From assembly GCA_964187785.1 (NCBI GenBank), contig OZ076409.1:91018001-91082000 (forward strand): a stretch of 64,000 nt of DNA. The letters run 5' to 3'. A model generated the notes under the pieces. The model did no database searches and was not told the origin of the DNA. It was given only the letters and a program-made list of their open reading frames with translations. The position numbers and the translations under genes are program-made. Positions 48,256 through 62,081 of the stretch are shown here, in pieces (within the stretch, counting starts at the first letter, position 1; each line of letters starts with the position of its first letter). Source of the DNA: Amphiscolops sp. MND2022 (lineage: Eukaryota).

Positions 48256-51200
48256 TGAGATACAATATAGTTACACATCAATATTGCACACAAATCCTCC
48301 AAAGTAATTTTCTCTATATTCGATCGATCTTTTGAAGGAACGAAAGCTAGCAAAATTTGACTTGTTTTCTCGAAAAAAAATGAAATGTAATAGCTAAGTT
48401 GGAGATTATTACTCAAAAGATATGACTCCATACCTTTGTTTCTGACGCACTGAATACACGCATGACAAAAACAATCGAAGTTAGAACATCATTGGTATGA
48501 AAAAAGTACCGTACACAACGAAACTTTCGCATATGCAATGAAAACAAAATGATTGCGCAGTGAAGAAATGCAAATGTTTTCAGTTTTGATTGAAATAGTG
48601 GAAGCTGCATTGCAATCCCATATAAATTCCCCATGCATGCTTTTAGTGTTTTCTGTTTATCAAAAATTTGGAATGCATGCATGTATGCAACATGGAAAAC
48701 TTTCCGGTAGCTTCAACTAGGGATGCGACATACGAAATACATGTTCAAAATTCATTCGGAAAACACATTGCAGAATACACGAAAGAACCCTCTCTATTGA
48801 ATTGCCAATAGAATCCAGTGGTCCATTGGTTTTTACGAAAGAACAATTACATCAAAATCTCAGACAAGATATCTTTCCGAGGCCCACAAAGATATCGATC
48901 AATCAATGATATAAACAATTGCTTTAGTATCGAACAAGACGGGAACGTCTCAAGTCGGCGCTATATCTAAGGATCAAAAAGCGCAAAACATTTTTTTTTG
49001 GAAAAAAACTTGAAATTTTCGAAAAAACTTTTTCTTTCGGAAAATGTCGCACAGTGCCAAAAAATGTAAAAGGGGGACCCTTTTTGATTTATGAACACGC
49101 ATTCTGTAGCAAAATAACAAAAAACTCAAAGGGGGGACCCTTTGGGGACATTAAAAAAATTTCGAAAAAAAGTCTCACAGTGCCGAAAAAAAATCGAAAG
49201 GAGGGACCCTTTAGTCCCGTCCGGGCTTGTAGGTAACGTTTAAAAAGTAAATGAATGCGCTCCCCGTTTGCCTTTACCGGTACAGTAGTTTAGTACTGTA
49301 TTTAGTAGTTGAACGTTAATTTTAACGTTCGTCGCTTCGAGTCTGTCTTAAATAAAAAAAAGAAAAAAAAACAAGTGACTGTAATAGTCGGGCTCTTTTC
49401 TTAAGAAAAGCGCCGACTAAAAACACACTCTGAAAAACTTTCGAGAAAATTTTCCCCAAGGTCAATTCATACGAGACAAGGGGTATTTATCAATGAGTAA
49501 ACATCACTGCACAGCATGAAAGAATTCAGTTAGTACAAACGCGCGGTTTTTTGCGTTGAAATCTGAAAACACTTTGAATCTTTTTGACGAAAACGCTCGA
49601 ATCATAATGATAGGCAAGAATTGTCAAGAAACAAGCCGGGAACGGAATAAGTGGGTGCCATATCTGAGGCTCAACAAGACGAGAACGCCTCAAGTCGGCG
49701 CTATATCTAAGGCTCAAAAAGCGCAAAACATTTTTTTTTGGAAAAAAACTTGAAATTTTCGAAAAAAAATTCTTTCGGAAAATGTCGGACAGTGCCGAAA
49801 AATGTAAAAGGGGGGACCCTTTTTGATTTATAAACACGCATTCTGTAGCAAAATAACAAAAAACTCAAAGGGGGGACCCTTTGGGGACTAAAAAAAAATT
49901 CGAAAAAAATCTCACAGCGCCGAAAAAAAATCGAAAGGGGGGGGGTACGAAACTTTAGTCCCGTCCGGGCTTGTATGTAACGTTTAAAAAGTAAATGAAT
50001 GCGCTCCCCGTTTGCCTTTAGCGGTCCAGTAGTTTAGTACTTATTTAGTGGTTGAACGTGAATTTTAACGTTCGTCGCTTCGAGTCTGTCTTAAATTAAA
50101 AAAAAAACGAGTGACTGTAATAGTCGGGCTTTTTTCTTAAGAAAAACGCCGACTAAAAATAGGACTTGGTGTCAAAAGGATTTAGTGTCAAGTATTCTTT
50201 TCCATTACCCGAAAAACCCAAAAGTTGAAGCGAATTGGCGCACCGGGGCCCGCTAGACCCCCCCCCTTTCGCATTTTTTAACATCCATTGTTGCAAGACA
50301 TCAAAAATTTGATGGGAGGGACCCTTTGGTGAAATTTTTTTGCGAAAAAAGTCTCATAATGCCAAAAACACTGAAAGGGGGACCCTCAGGGATTTTTCAA
50401 CATCCATTCTGTCGCAAAACATCAAAAAATTGAAGGGGGGGAAGGGGGGACACTTGGGGGAAGGGGGGACCCTTTAGTCTTTCCCGGTATTGTATGTTAC
50501 GCGGAAAAAGAGGAAAAATATTTTTGGTTCAGTTCGCTAGGCCAAATGATTCAATTTGGGACCATGAAATTTCGTAGAACTATTTTGGTCAGTTCGTGTG
50601 AATTGAAAAAAAATTGAAAAGAATCACTATAATAGTCACGTTTCACTTCATGAAGCGCCGACTAAAAACTATTTCCTTATCTTTCAAATTTTTTCGACAA
50701 CTTTTACGAGAAACCGTCTGTTGCAGTCGGAGCCGGAACATTCACAATCCGACTAGATATAACAGGACATTCCTAGATCATATATATGAGAATTTTTATT
50801 ACGAAGCTAAATTTCTAAATTTGAAATACATGTAACCATCAATTCACATTTCCTCACATCATGAAAGAAATATGACATCTTTGAGAAAAAAAATGCGAGC
50901 ATTTTAAAAAAAAAACCCTTAAAGCTTGTGTCGAAGAGCCAAAGTGCGTATAGAAACTTGAAAGGAAGACCTCTCAATACAAATGACGATCGACAAAGCC
51001 GTTTTTGTTTCACCGTTCGCCGTTTTGTCCGCGTTCATTTTATTCAAACAAAAGATATTCACACTTTAATCCATGCAGATGGCGGCCACTAGAATGTAGA
51101 CATCAGCAGAAAAATCCATTAGTGCGGATACATTCAGAAGTGAGAGCAAGAAAATTTCCGATTTTCTGACAGCCAACAATAATTGGATCTCACTTTTGAA

Positions 51201-51651
51201 ACACCAATCATTTCCTTGAAAAGAATTGGTGACAAAAAAGAAAAAACGCGATTTGTCAATTTTGATAAAACTCCTTATAACTTATCTTAATCAGCTGTTT
51301 GGACTCAGAAATCTTAACACTGAAAGCATCAAATGCCTGAGTTTTTATAGAAGCCAAAGAATTCTTCATGGAACCAAGTTCACAGAAATCGTTTTCAACT
51401 TTGGGAAACGAGGTCTATGCTGTTAAGTTTTTATTTCGAGAATCTTGATTTTTCAAAAATAGGCCCCTCCGGGGCTCAGTACTATTTCTGCTTTAATCTT
51501 TATTTTTTTTTGAAACAAAAAAATTCATTAATAAAAGAATCATTTCTGGAATACCAATACACTCTTGTTTAATCATTATTTAGGCACAATTACATGTAAT
51601 CACTGTACAAGTTTACACCGCCTTTAATTCTTCTCGGACTAAAGAAAATAT

Positions 51652-51865
51652 GGAGTGCGTCTAACAAGCAGACCAGTCAAATAGCATAAAAGTATTATTC
51701 GTGCTAATGAGCAGACTCGATTAATTTGATTGGTCAAAATCGTGTTCACAGAGAATTAAAGTGCATGTATGCGGCTGAAACTAAGATCAGGGACAATGTA
51801 TTAATTCACTGGTCTGCTTATTGGTTGGTCTTCTTATTGGTTGGTCTGCTTGTTAGACTAGCTCC
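51652..51865. mobile_element. 214-bp MITE with 9-bp TSD (Mutator-like) inside a family B repeat
   Basis: TIR GGAG..GTCTAACAAGCAGACCA / TGGTCTGCTTGTTAGAC..CTCC; TSD AGAAAATAT; the empty site is visible at 42405-42413. Confidence 0.85.
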
Positions 51866-54800
51866 AGAAAATATAACTACTAAGCGTAGACGAAGTTTCG
51901 CATTCGCATTTGAATGCAGGCGAAACTCTCAACGAACGAATAATTAACACTCATTCGCTTCATCTCAATAACTCGGGGCAACGAAAGCACAATTACGAAC
52001 ATTCGCTCGCTTCATCTCAATGACGTCAGCATACGAATGGATAATTACCACTCGCTCGTTCCATCGCACTAGAATTGAATTGTTGTCGGCAGCTTGAGTA
52101 ATTTATTTCCCACGCTTACAGTCACTGCCGAACAAAATATCTGAATTATTCAGTATCACGACAAAAATTGTTCTGAAAAAAAGTAAAAAGTTTGAGGTTA
52201 CAATAATATTCCTGCTAAAGCAGAAATATTAAAAATATTCAGAAAGATGCTTTGGTCTCAAAAAGCTATAATTCGAAAATAAATGTAGAAAATAAAACCG
52301 GAGGGGTCCGTTTCCCCCGTTCGATCTTAGAGACGAAAAGTAGAACTTTTTGGTCAATTCGAGTGGATTGAAAAAAAACATACAAAACAACTACAAAAGT
52401 CGGTCTATATTCATAGACCAACGAAAAACCCCGTTCCGCAGCTAATCAGACTTTGACAGCTGCAAAAACAAAATGAATGATTCATGGCATAGTAAACTTT
52501 TCAGACCTTTTTTTCAGCAGAATTATTTTATTTAAACTAAAATCTAGCAGTTATTGAAATGAGTTTGGATGTCTCGGTTAATTCCTTTGGTTAAAAAGTA
52601 TGGAAAGTTTTCTTAGGCGTTTGGTGCCTAGTGTAGTCATTTATTCCTGGGCCCATTGAAGTTTTTCAATAAATGAATTATACATATATCCGTACCGTAT
52701 CCGAGATTTGACACCGCCAATAAGCGATTTAACGAATTAGCGGCCGCGCAAATTTTTTCAGCAATTCTATTAGCGGCAATCAATAGATCGCCCAAATTCA
52801 GAAATTTCTCAAAACACAGTTTCAAAATGAATGTCGAAAAATTGCAACTCTTCATCTGTAAAACCCACAGAGTATGAAAATTTTTAGTATTTTCTTGCAA
52901 AAATTGAATTAAGTTATGGTTTATATTTTGAACATTCTCGAATCCAATTTAATAGTTTGAAGAAAAAGTTTTTGAGCGAAATAGCAATTTTGACATTAGC
53001 GGTTTAGCGAAAAAATTGCCACGTCAAAATTCTGCCTGGTATTGTATCCCAGAAACCTTGCGAAGCACTGTATCTTGGAGAAGAACTGGTTGCTTGTGAC
53101 AGACTGAGGCTGTTTGCAGCAGACGGCAGGAGCAGTCTCAGCATGAGTAGTATCAGTCTGAGTTTCAGTCATGACTTCCATGCAAGATCCCAAAACCAAC
53201 AGATAACTATTATCAAAAACAATTGAGTACAAGATACATAACACCTGCAATATCAACAGCGTGACTGAAATTATTTCAAAAAGGTAGTGTTAAAAACATT
53301 AACCTTAATTAACCTAGCGGTACTTTAAAGCAGCCTGCCTTTTTAAACTTCATATTCCTTTTGCCAGTAGCCCATATTCTCCATCACAGTTTTTTTTCAA
53401 CAATTCATTGGTACCTTGATTGATTTGAATGGCACAAGCATTAGCAAAAGTGAATATGTCTCCATGACTGAGAAAAATGACTTTTAGAAAAAATCTCTCC
53501 GAACAAATAAGGTATTAACACATGTTTTTGTTATTAATTTTATTAACTGCGACCGAGATTAATTTTGATTTCCCTTTGGGAAAACAGGTAAAAAATAAAA
53601 AAGATCGATTGAGAAAATTTGCACATCATATTTCTAGACCTAGTTCTCTAGAAAAAAACAGTCTCGCAATGTCGAAAAACGGGCAACAAATATGAGGTGC
53701 AGAAATCTTGCTATTTTCAAGCTCGATATTTCAAAAATCAAAGGCCTCTTTGGTGAAACGGAACGCCCGATTGGGAAAAGATTCGGAAAATTCAGTCAAC
53801 ATTTCATCAGATTTGTTTGGAATTGAATTGAGAGTTGGCCCTTCAAAAAGATTACGATCGATGTAAACAATGAAAATTTCATACATTTACCCTTTTCATC
53901 ATTTCTAGTTTTACTCCCAAGCAAGCGCGGGGCGTTTTTCTCTCGTTAGTGGTTTTTGTAGTTTATTTGGACACTTTTCTGATAACTTCAATCAAGGTCG
54001 CACTGAATTCACACATACTAAGTGTTTTTTTTCACAATAACTTTTTGAACGGAAGGAGTGTTTCATCATGACTGCACATGTAAGAACATGAATGCAACAA
54101 CAAGCGATACCGTGCTTCTCAGCCAAGAATCGCGGCGACTGCTGTCGCTGCAAGGTCTACACAACAACAATAACACACACTACTAGTCGGTCTACGGATT
54201 GCTTGTTTTTCAATGCGTATGAAGGATGGGCACAAAAATCAAAATTTATACTAATCTATTTTACAGCAGGTGGGATAAAAATTGTTGTCTCACAATCCGT
54301 TCCCAAATGAAAATCAAATAAAACTCTTCTGGTCTCCTTAGAGTCTACTTTTGCCACCGCCTCCAAGTCTAAAGAAGAAAATACAATTTAGCTTTCAACC
54401 TCATGAAGCAACGCAACTAAGCAACAAGATTCGGTGATTCTACCATCTGATATAAAAGACAACAAATTGCAATTTATGGAGAGAAAAGATGGAGTATCAA
54501 ACACTTTTATTCAGCTACTGAGAATGAATTGAGATTAAGATGATTGCAATTATAAAGAAGCAGTTACAATATTTCTAAGAGATTTTTGGCAAAGAACGGC
54601 AATAAGAAGGTCACTAAGTTAGACAATTAATAATACAAAAGAGGAAATATGAGTTCTACAAATACACATCTGGTTAATTATGATTCAAACCGGTGCATAA
54701 AATTTACAAAAGTAAGAAAACTACTAATATTCCAAAATGCTCCGTCTTAACGCTTAGGCGTCAATCAGGTCGAACTGTGTCTGTATTGTATTCATGAACT

Positions 54801-55112
54801 CTCTACAGTGTGGTCTCTGGTGAAAACACACAAAAGGCGGAATCTCTGCATGAACAACAATAATAATTTATTTTGAAGATATTGCAGACGAAAATTTTCA
54901 AATCAGCTCATTGCGTATTACCGGAAACTGCTCTTTTGCACGTTCCAAAAATTGTCAAGATATCCTATGGAAAGGTTACATAAGAACTATGTGCTATGAA
55001 TATGAACGGAATTTATGACAAAATTCGACAGTGCGGTGTCTGTTTTTTCCCGAATTTTGGCCCAAATGGGAGCATTTTGAGGTTGGTGATTTGATCGTTA
55101 GTATAGAAAAAA

Positions 55113-58100
55113 CTAAACTAAACTCTCTTCATTTTGCATGAATTTAGTCTGTAAGGCTGTAGGCGAGATAACACTCGAAGTGCTACCTTCAAATTTTGCA
55201 TGAATAACATTGCTACTGTTTTGTGTAGGGGGGGTGGTTACTGGGGAAGTTGCCCCCCGTGGCTGAGATTGAAGGATGAGGTTGGCCAGTGACTTCTTCA
55301 CTCGAAGAGATGACTGTCTTGATTGCCAGTCTTCGCTCCAGCATTCACAGATGATGCGAGCCAGTGTTCGGAATATGGGTTCATTCACCCAGTATCCAGG
55401 CAGCGCAGGCCGCATCTTCGAGACACACACGACCTGCAAAATGCAAAACATTCAGGGTTGAAAAGGCACTTTTACAGGTGACTGTATCATATATGCTTTG
55501 TTCTGGTATTTGTTACAGAGATCCGAATCATTTCGATTAGGGGAAGTTCATACAGTTGTCCAGACATTTTCAACAAATCTTATAAAGCTCATTTTCAATC
55601 TGTTTTTTCACTCAACTAAAAGCTCCGATGAAAAAATAGGCTTCGAGATCTCTGAAAATACTTTTTTCGTCGCACTTGAAAACAATGAATGTGACCCATG
55701 GACGGAAACTTCCACGAATTCAAAAAGAAAACGGGATTGATGTTGTGATTTGTCAAAGGACTAGCCTCTCTAATTGTCACTTCCATTGTAATAAATCATT
55801 ACTAAATTGAATTATTATTATTATCTCTTTAATCACCAATTACGAACACCTGGTCAAATTAATAATCTTTCTGCATATATTTTCAGATATGCAATTGAAC
55901 AATGGACTTCATAATCGACCAACACTATTTGGAAATGTCATACTAAATATATTCCAAATTCTCTGAATTACAGTATAAACTTCTATCATCATGAACTGGT
56001 GTGGCCGCGCATGAGACATGAAAGCGGGAAACGTTCGGGTAGTGTTTACTCCAGCCGCGAATTCCCAGCAATTAAAATAAATTGAACAAACGGGTACATT
56101 AACAGCCCAAGGATGTTATCATTACAACTATAAAGAAAATCCTGTTTGTAGTTTGTCTGCCATGGTCGTCATAACGCGCGGGTGTCGTTGATAACAGATG
56201 GCGCATGGCATTTCCGTAATTATGAGTGAAACAAATCGTTTGATGTGACATCCTGTATGTTATTATTGATTATCATTCCTGGTAATTGTAAAATGAGAAA
56301 AAAATGGAAAACGTTGCTCTGTTTTAATGCTTACTTTCAAAGAATAGGCTAAAATTCCTATGTAAAAAAAATTCACGAAAAAATCAAGGATTCCATTCCA
56401 ACTGAGAATCACATCTTTGCTCTTCCATTACTTCAAAACCTGAATTTATGATGCTTTCACGTGTTCCATGAAATAAAAGCAAGATGAAAAGCTCATTTGC
56501 AGAAAATGAACCCATTGTTGACGTAAGAAAGCAATCATTTTGAAGAGAAATGTCAAAAAATATTCAATGTGAGGAAAAAAGAAAATTTGGAGTAGCCGCC
56601 TTAAGAACATCTTCACGAAGAAAACAAAGCAAACAGGAAGCATTGACGTTAACGTCAAAGGTTGTTACCGGTACCGTTTCATGTAGACGTTGTCAAATGC
56701 TCAAAGAAAATCGGAAATGGAGAACACTTACTTGGTAAACATCTTCTACAGATGGGTCAGAAGGCAAAACATCTTGGAAAGGGTATGAATAGGGTTGGTA
56801 ACATCCGTTGCAATCGGCGCAGTTTGCTATTTCCCAGAGTATGAGACTCGTGTTGTACATATCACAAGCCTATGAAAAATTCAAGCACTTCTGTACTTAA
56901 GTATTACTTCGGAGACGAGATAATATTTAATTTATCTGGTATCTACTGAAGTACTAAACAACAATAGGCATCACACTGTACTACAAAACTTTTAAAAGCG
57001 CATTGCTCAATTAACGAAAACCTTGAACAAATTAGGTTTCAGAATGAGGAGTGTTGCTGATAAAATGCCGTACAAAACCAAGCTATTTAGTCGGCGTTTT
57101 TCTTAAGAAAAAAGCCCGACTATTACAGTCACTCGTTTTTTTTCTTTTTTTTTATTTAAGACAGACTCGAAGCGACGAACGTTAAAATTAACGTTCAACC
57201 ACTAAATAAGTACTAAACTACTGGACCGCTAAAGGCAAACGGGGAGCGCATTCATTTACTTTTTAAACGTTACATACAAGCCCGGACGGGACTAAAGTTT
57301 CGTACCCCCCCTTTCGATTTTTTTTCGGCGCTGTGAGATTTTTTTCGAATTTTTTTAATGTCCCCAAAGGGTCCCCCCTTTGAGTTTTTTGTTATTTTGC
57401 TACATAATGCGTGTTTATAAATCAAAAAGGGTCCCCCTTTTACATTTTTCGGCACTGTCCGACATTTTCCGAAAGAATTTTTTTTTCGAAAATTTCAAGT
57501 TTTTTTCCAAAAAAAAATGTTTTGCGCTTTTTGAGCCTTAGATATAGCGCCGACTTGAGGCGTTCTCGTCTTGTTTTATTTTTGATCAACTGTTTGGATA
57601 ACAGTATCGCGGTGTTTTAGTGACATCCCGTCGGAACACAGCCGAGATCGGGATGTTACAAATATTCAAAGACCATTTCATTGATGAATGACCTAAAATG
57701 TGTAACTTCAGATCGGAAGACAAACAAGACGCCCGCTAAGCATCGAGATATTTTCCGCCCTGTTCGCCTTCACCAACTGAGCCATAGCTATTTTGGGAGG
57801 AGGGAATAGGATCTAAAGAATAAGATCTAAAACATAGTGATTTTAGATCTTATTCCCGCCCTGAAATTTTAGATCTTATTCCCTTTTTTGACTTTAGATA
57901 TTATTCCCGCTGTATGCTACTTTAGTTACTTGACTATTTTAGTAACTAGTAGCTATATAAAATAGTCAAGTAATCAAAATGTGGAGATTGTGGAGATTTG
58001 GCAAAATTTGGAAGAAAAAAAACGCGTCACAGATCATTCTTTTCCTCCCCCATTTTAAAATGTGGGGGTCGGAAAATAATAACTTTGAGTATAGCATATG

Positions 58101-60106
58101 CCATTGACGGAATAAGGTAGTACTTCTCGGGTACATCTTAAAATTCACTTTAATTAAACAGTGTCAAGCATGAATTGGAATGCTCACTTGACAAAGTTCA
58201 TGAACAATTAGTAAAATCAAAATGTCGTACCTTGAATGCCTCAAAACGAGTTCTGTCCATTGTGCCACTCAGCACCTCAGGAGGCATGTAACGTTTGGTC
58301 CCAACTAGACCTGTTTGGTGTCCAATGTCAATATGGCCTTGATCGCAAACATACCTGGAAAATTGGATCAATTAAAAAACCTCCGAGCTGATTGCTATTA
58401 ATTTCAGGAAGTTTTGTTGACAAACAACTTGAACGAAACATACAGCATTCTCTTTGGGGCGTGTTTTGAAGAGGGTGTGAAAAAGAGAAACAATGAAATG
58501 AACTACCAACCTCGCACAATGACCAAGATCAGCAATGCAGCAAGTTAAATTGCTTTTCACGAGAATGTTTTTGCTCTTCAAGTCTCGATGAGCAATCGGC
58601 GGTTTGCGCTGTGAGCCTCTGAGTTGACCTTGTTCTTTGCCCTCTGAGCCGACTATTTCATTGTGCAAATGAGACAAACCAGACAATACAGAGTGCATTA
58701 GCCTGAGCATCAAGGGCACGTCAACGTATCGATTTTGAAGGAAATCAAACAAAGAGCCATGCTCATGGTACTCCATTATAAGTAGCATTTGAGTCGAAGT
58801 GCCAGTTCCGCCAATGTCAGCTGCAATGAATCCTGGAAAGACCAAACTGTAAAAACGCCCTGTCTTAAGTACTTAGTGGCAATACGAAAACTTACCGAGA
58901 ATATTATCATGACGAAGGAGATTAGTTTGATAGATTTCTTTCTCTCGCTTCCAGCTATCCTCCTCTCGCGTAGAAAAAATTTTCACAGCAATCGGATCCC
59001 CAAACCATGTTGCTTTCCAGACAGATCCAAATCCGCCCTAGACGCAATTTAATTGACAGACCTGCTAGTGTATGTTTTTTAAGAAACAGAAAAGTATTCT
59101 TACTTCTCCAATCTGTTTGATGAAGCTGAACTGCCGAGATATAGTCATTTGAACTAGAAGCGGAACACCTTTACCACTTCCAGAGGAGTCAATAAGGGCT
59201 TGAAGAGTTGAAATTCCAGGATTGCCCCCTTCAACCCTCATTGATGAGCTCGAGTTGATGCCAATATCTTTCAACATTTGCATGTCTGTTATAGAACTTC
59301 CGGGCCAGTCATTAAGCCTAACTGATAATTGAAACTTGCATTTAAGGCTTTGTAGTAATGATAGCTGAAACAAACATTGAGATTATTTTTTTTGCAGACT
59401 GTAAAAAGTGATGTACGACAGATTTGAATGGGGATCCGGGATTTAGGCAGCAAGCCACAGATTAGCTCACAAAATACCGTTTGTACTCAAAAACAGCCAG
59501 TCACGAAAAAAATGCGAAATTTAGAACAACAAAACTAAAATTGAAGCGGTTAAAAAACAGAGCCATGACTTTCAGATGAATACGGATTTTTTTATGAAAC
59601 GCTAGTACCCGCCTAGTAGACCGATATCTACATTAGAGTTTTCAAACGTCCTTGTTGGGTGAATATTATTGAAATTCTTACCTCTTTTGGTTCATTTTTG
59701 CGTTTCCACGCGAGATAAAAGGTGAACAAAGCCGCAAGAACCAAGGCACATGATAGAATAACGCAACAAATGGTGACAACCAGATACAGGGTTTCATTGC
59801 TTTCATTCGATTCAGGTGGTGCCTCTTCAATCGGAGGCAACATTGGGTTTATGTTGTAATTACAGAAATCTGTATCACAACATTCGATAACTTTCCGCAA
59901 GTAATGGCGTTTGGCCTTGCATTGGAAAACGCTCCCTGTTTCGGGTGGAGTACAGCCTTTAATAACTTTCACTTCGTCTCTTCCGTGATCAACCTGTTCA
60001 ATTTGGGAGAAACATCGTCCGTCACCGACGGTCGTACACGTCCCATTAGGCTGGTTTCCAGGACAATGATTCAAACAATAACAGGCTAATGTGAAATTCA
60101 TTTCTT
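55113..60106 (-). CDS. TGF-beta superfamily type I receptor Ser/Thr kinase, ALK3/6 (BMPR1/Tkv)-like; signal-peptide exon not located
   Basis: Exons about 60106-59682, 59364-59104, 59037-58896, 58832-58511, 58354-58231, 56869-56732, 55433-55113. Cys-rich ectodomain ([13 protein letters not shown]), TM, GS box SSGSGKG, AVK, L45 loop [28 protein letters not shown]. Confidence 0.92.
57086..57574. mobile_element. Full-length family A repeat (reverse orientation) in a receptor intron
   Basis: Almost identical to the reverse complement of 49673-50159. Confidence 0.85.
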
Positions 60107-60248
60107 CTGCATGATTATTTCATTCTCGAAAAATGCTAGCATTACCTGAAGTCACAACAGATCGATTCACAAAGCATAAAGTTATAGATCAACTCTTTGA
60201 CCAGTACATTACTAAATGACTATTGGTAACCTGAAGAACTATTGGTAA

Positions 60249-61057
60249 CAGGGATTGGAACTCCATAATGGCCATAACCATATATGGCCATAAATATATG
60301 GAAACTATTTATGGCTGCACTGAGAAAAATGGCCATTATGTATGGTAGCTCTGCCATAATGGCACCATAGTTTTTTTCTCGGGAAATTCATTTCGTATGT
60401 TTCTTTCAGATAGGGTCAAGGATCTGCAAAACAAATCTGTTGTAGACTTCTTCTTTACCCCTCTCGGTGATGATGTTCAAGTGCACCTGCAATATATAGA
60501 CCTGGTTTCCTTGGAAGTCGAAAAGAAGATAACCAGTGCCCTACCCAGCAACTTTGGTTTGATTGTAAATGGATGGTCGCAACAAAGTGAAAATTTCGTG
60601 GGTGTTTTTGCTTGCTTCGATGTGGATGGTGTGAATGAAAAACCTCTCCTAGCCTTTTCTGTTTTGCCAGATGAAACTGATCTTGGCGCTGATAGTATTG
60701 CCGGATTCATCGAAACAACTATGGAGTACTACAAGAAAACGCGAACTGATGTGAAATTCATCGTCAGTGACAATGAGCCTACAATGTGAGCTGTGGCTAA
60801 AAAATTAGTAATACCTATGATAGGTAGTGCGAGTCAAAGACTGTGAATAAAAACTACTGGGACGTCGAAACTCTCTTGCTTGTCGTGGACAGTGATTGAA
60901 GCTTTCGGAAATGTTTGATTCAATTCATCATTTGTCTCTTGTTTTTGACACCATATATATGGCCATTGTTTATGGCTTCCTTCAAAAATATGGAGATACT
61001 TATGGGGGGTCTTTTTCAGGTACCATTTATATGGCCATACCATAATTCCAATCCCTG
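60249..61057 (+). mobile_element. Internally deleted hAT transposon
   Basis: TIR CAGGGATTGGAA / TTCCAATCCCTG, 8-bp TSD ATTGGTAA, subterminal ATGGCCAT repeats. Transposase fragment at 60397-60840 (FGLIVNGWS, IVSDN, IGSASQRL). Confidence 0.9.
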
Positions 61058-62081
61058 ATTGGTAACCCTTAGATATCGCCATCGAGGACGCTGATGAACT
61101 GAAAACAAACTATGGAAATTATTAACTATGAAAATATTATCATTTTGGTTATAAAAGGGGGAGATGGCAAACACCTGTTACTCAAGGGTTACCAAATAAA
61201 AATAGCAATCAATTGTCCCGGAAATCAACGATTAACACAATAATTGGTAATTGGAAACATGATTCAAAAATTGGAGCATTTATTGCAACAATTGAAAAAC
61301 TCAAACAGAGGCAAAGAAGCTATCAAAATACACGGATCTTGTTTGCTAAGCCCCCCCCCATACAGCCTACTGCCAGAAAATTTATCTGTCCCCCAAAATT
61401 TAAGCACAGAATATCCACCCACTACATAAATTATTTCCCATATTAAAATGTATTGCTCACATGTTTGCACGATGTTGTGAACATAAAAATAGTAATGGCA
61501 GAAACATGAGTCAGCTTCGTTTCACACTTATGTGAACAAAAAAAGCGATCATTGATTCGAAAAGTCTTTTACTTACGCTGCATGAACAACCTGAGCCTCA
61601 AAAACATTTCGTCACTTCTGAAAAACTGGTCACCTCGTAAAATAGTTGGGTCCGAAATGATTACCCAATAACTCCCTATCAATTTTTACACTGAAAATAC
61701 GAAAACAATTTGGGGGGGGGGGGCATGGCCATGTGGCACGTCGCTCCTATATTTAGCGCACTATGGGTAGGTGAACAGAGCTGACTACCATATAGTTTCG
61801 ACGAAATCTGCCAGGCGTTATCAACCAATCGTGGTGAATCGTGGTGCCATGGATCTTGTGGGGGCCTAGATGTAAAAGAACATACCAATACTTTCAAAAA
61901 ACGCCTTTGGTCACTGGTATTGCTCCAAATGCGAAGACAAGCAACTTAAGGGTCGTTCTTCTTACGTCTGGAAATCCTTGAATGCCATGAAGCAACAACA
62001 AAAAGGGCTGAAAATAGAAAAACTGAGATACAATTTATGGAATCCATGAAAAAAAAGCATACGGGACAATTTGCCGAAAAA

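Larger units (their letters stand above)
41994..50095. repeat. Near-perfect tandem duplication with a unit of about 4095 bp (41994-46088, 46089-about 50095)
   Basis: The same ORFs recur at offsets of 4095-4097; only two substitutions noticed in the unique portion, plus homopolymer length changes. Confidence 0.95.

Noticed and set aside
60107..60215. Genome-wide TGA recoding, suggested by in-frame TGAs here and in the retroelement
   Set aside because: The long host exons and pol use TGG for Trp without internal TGA, and an acceptor at 60107 avoids these stops.
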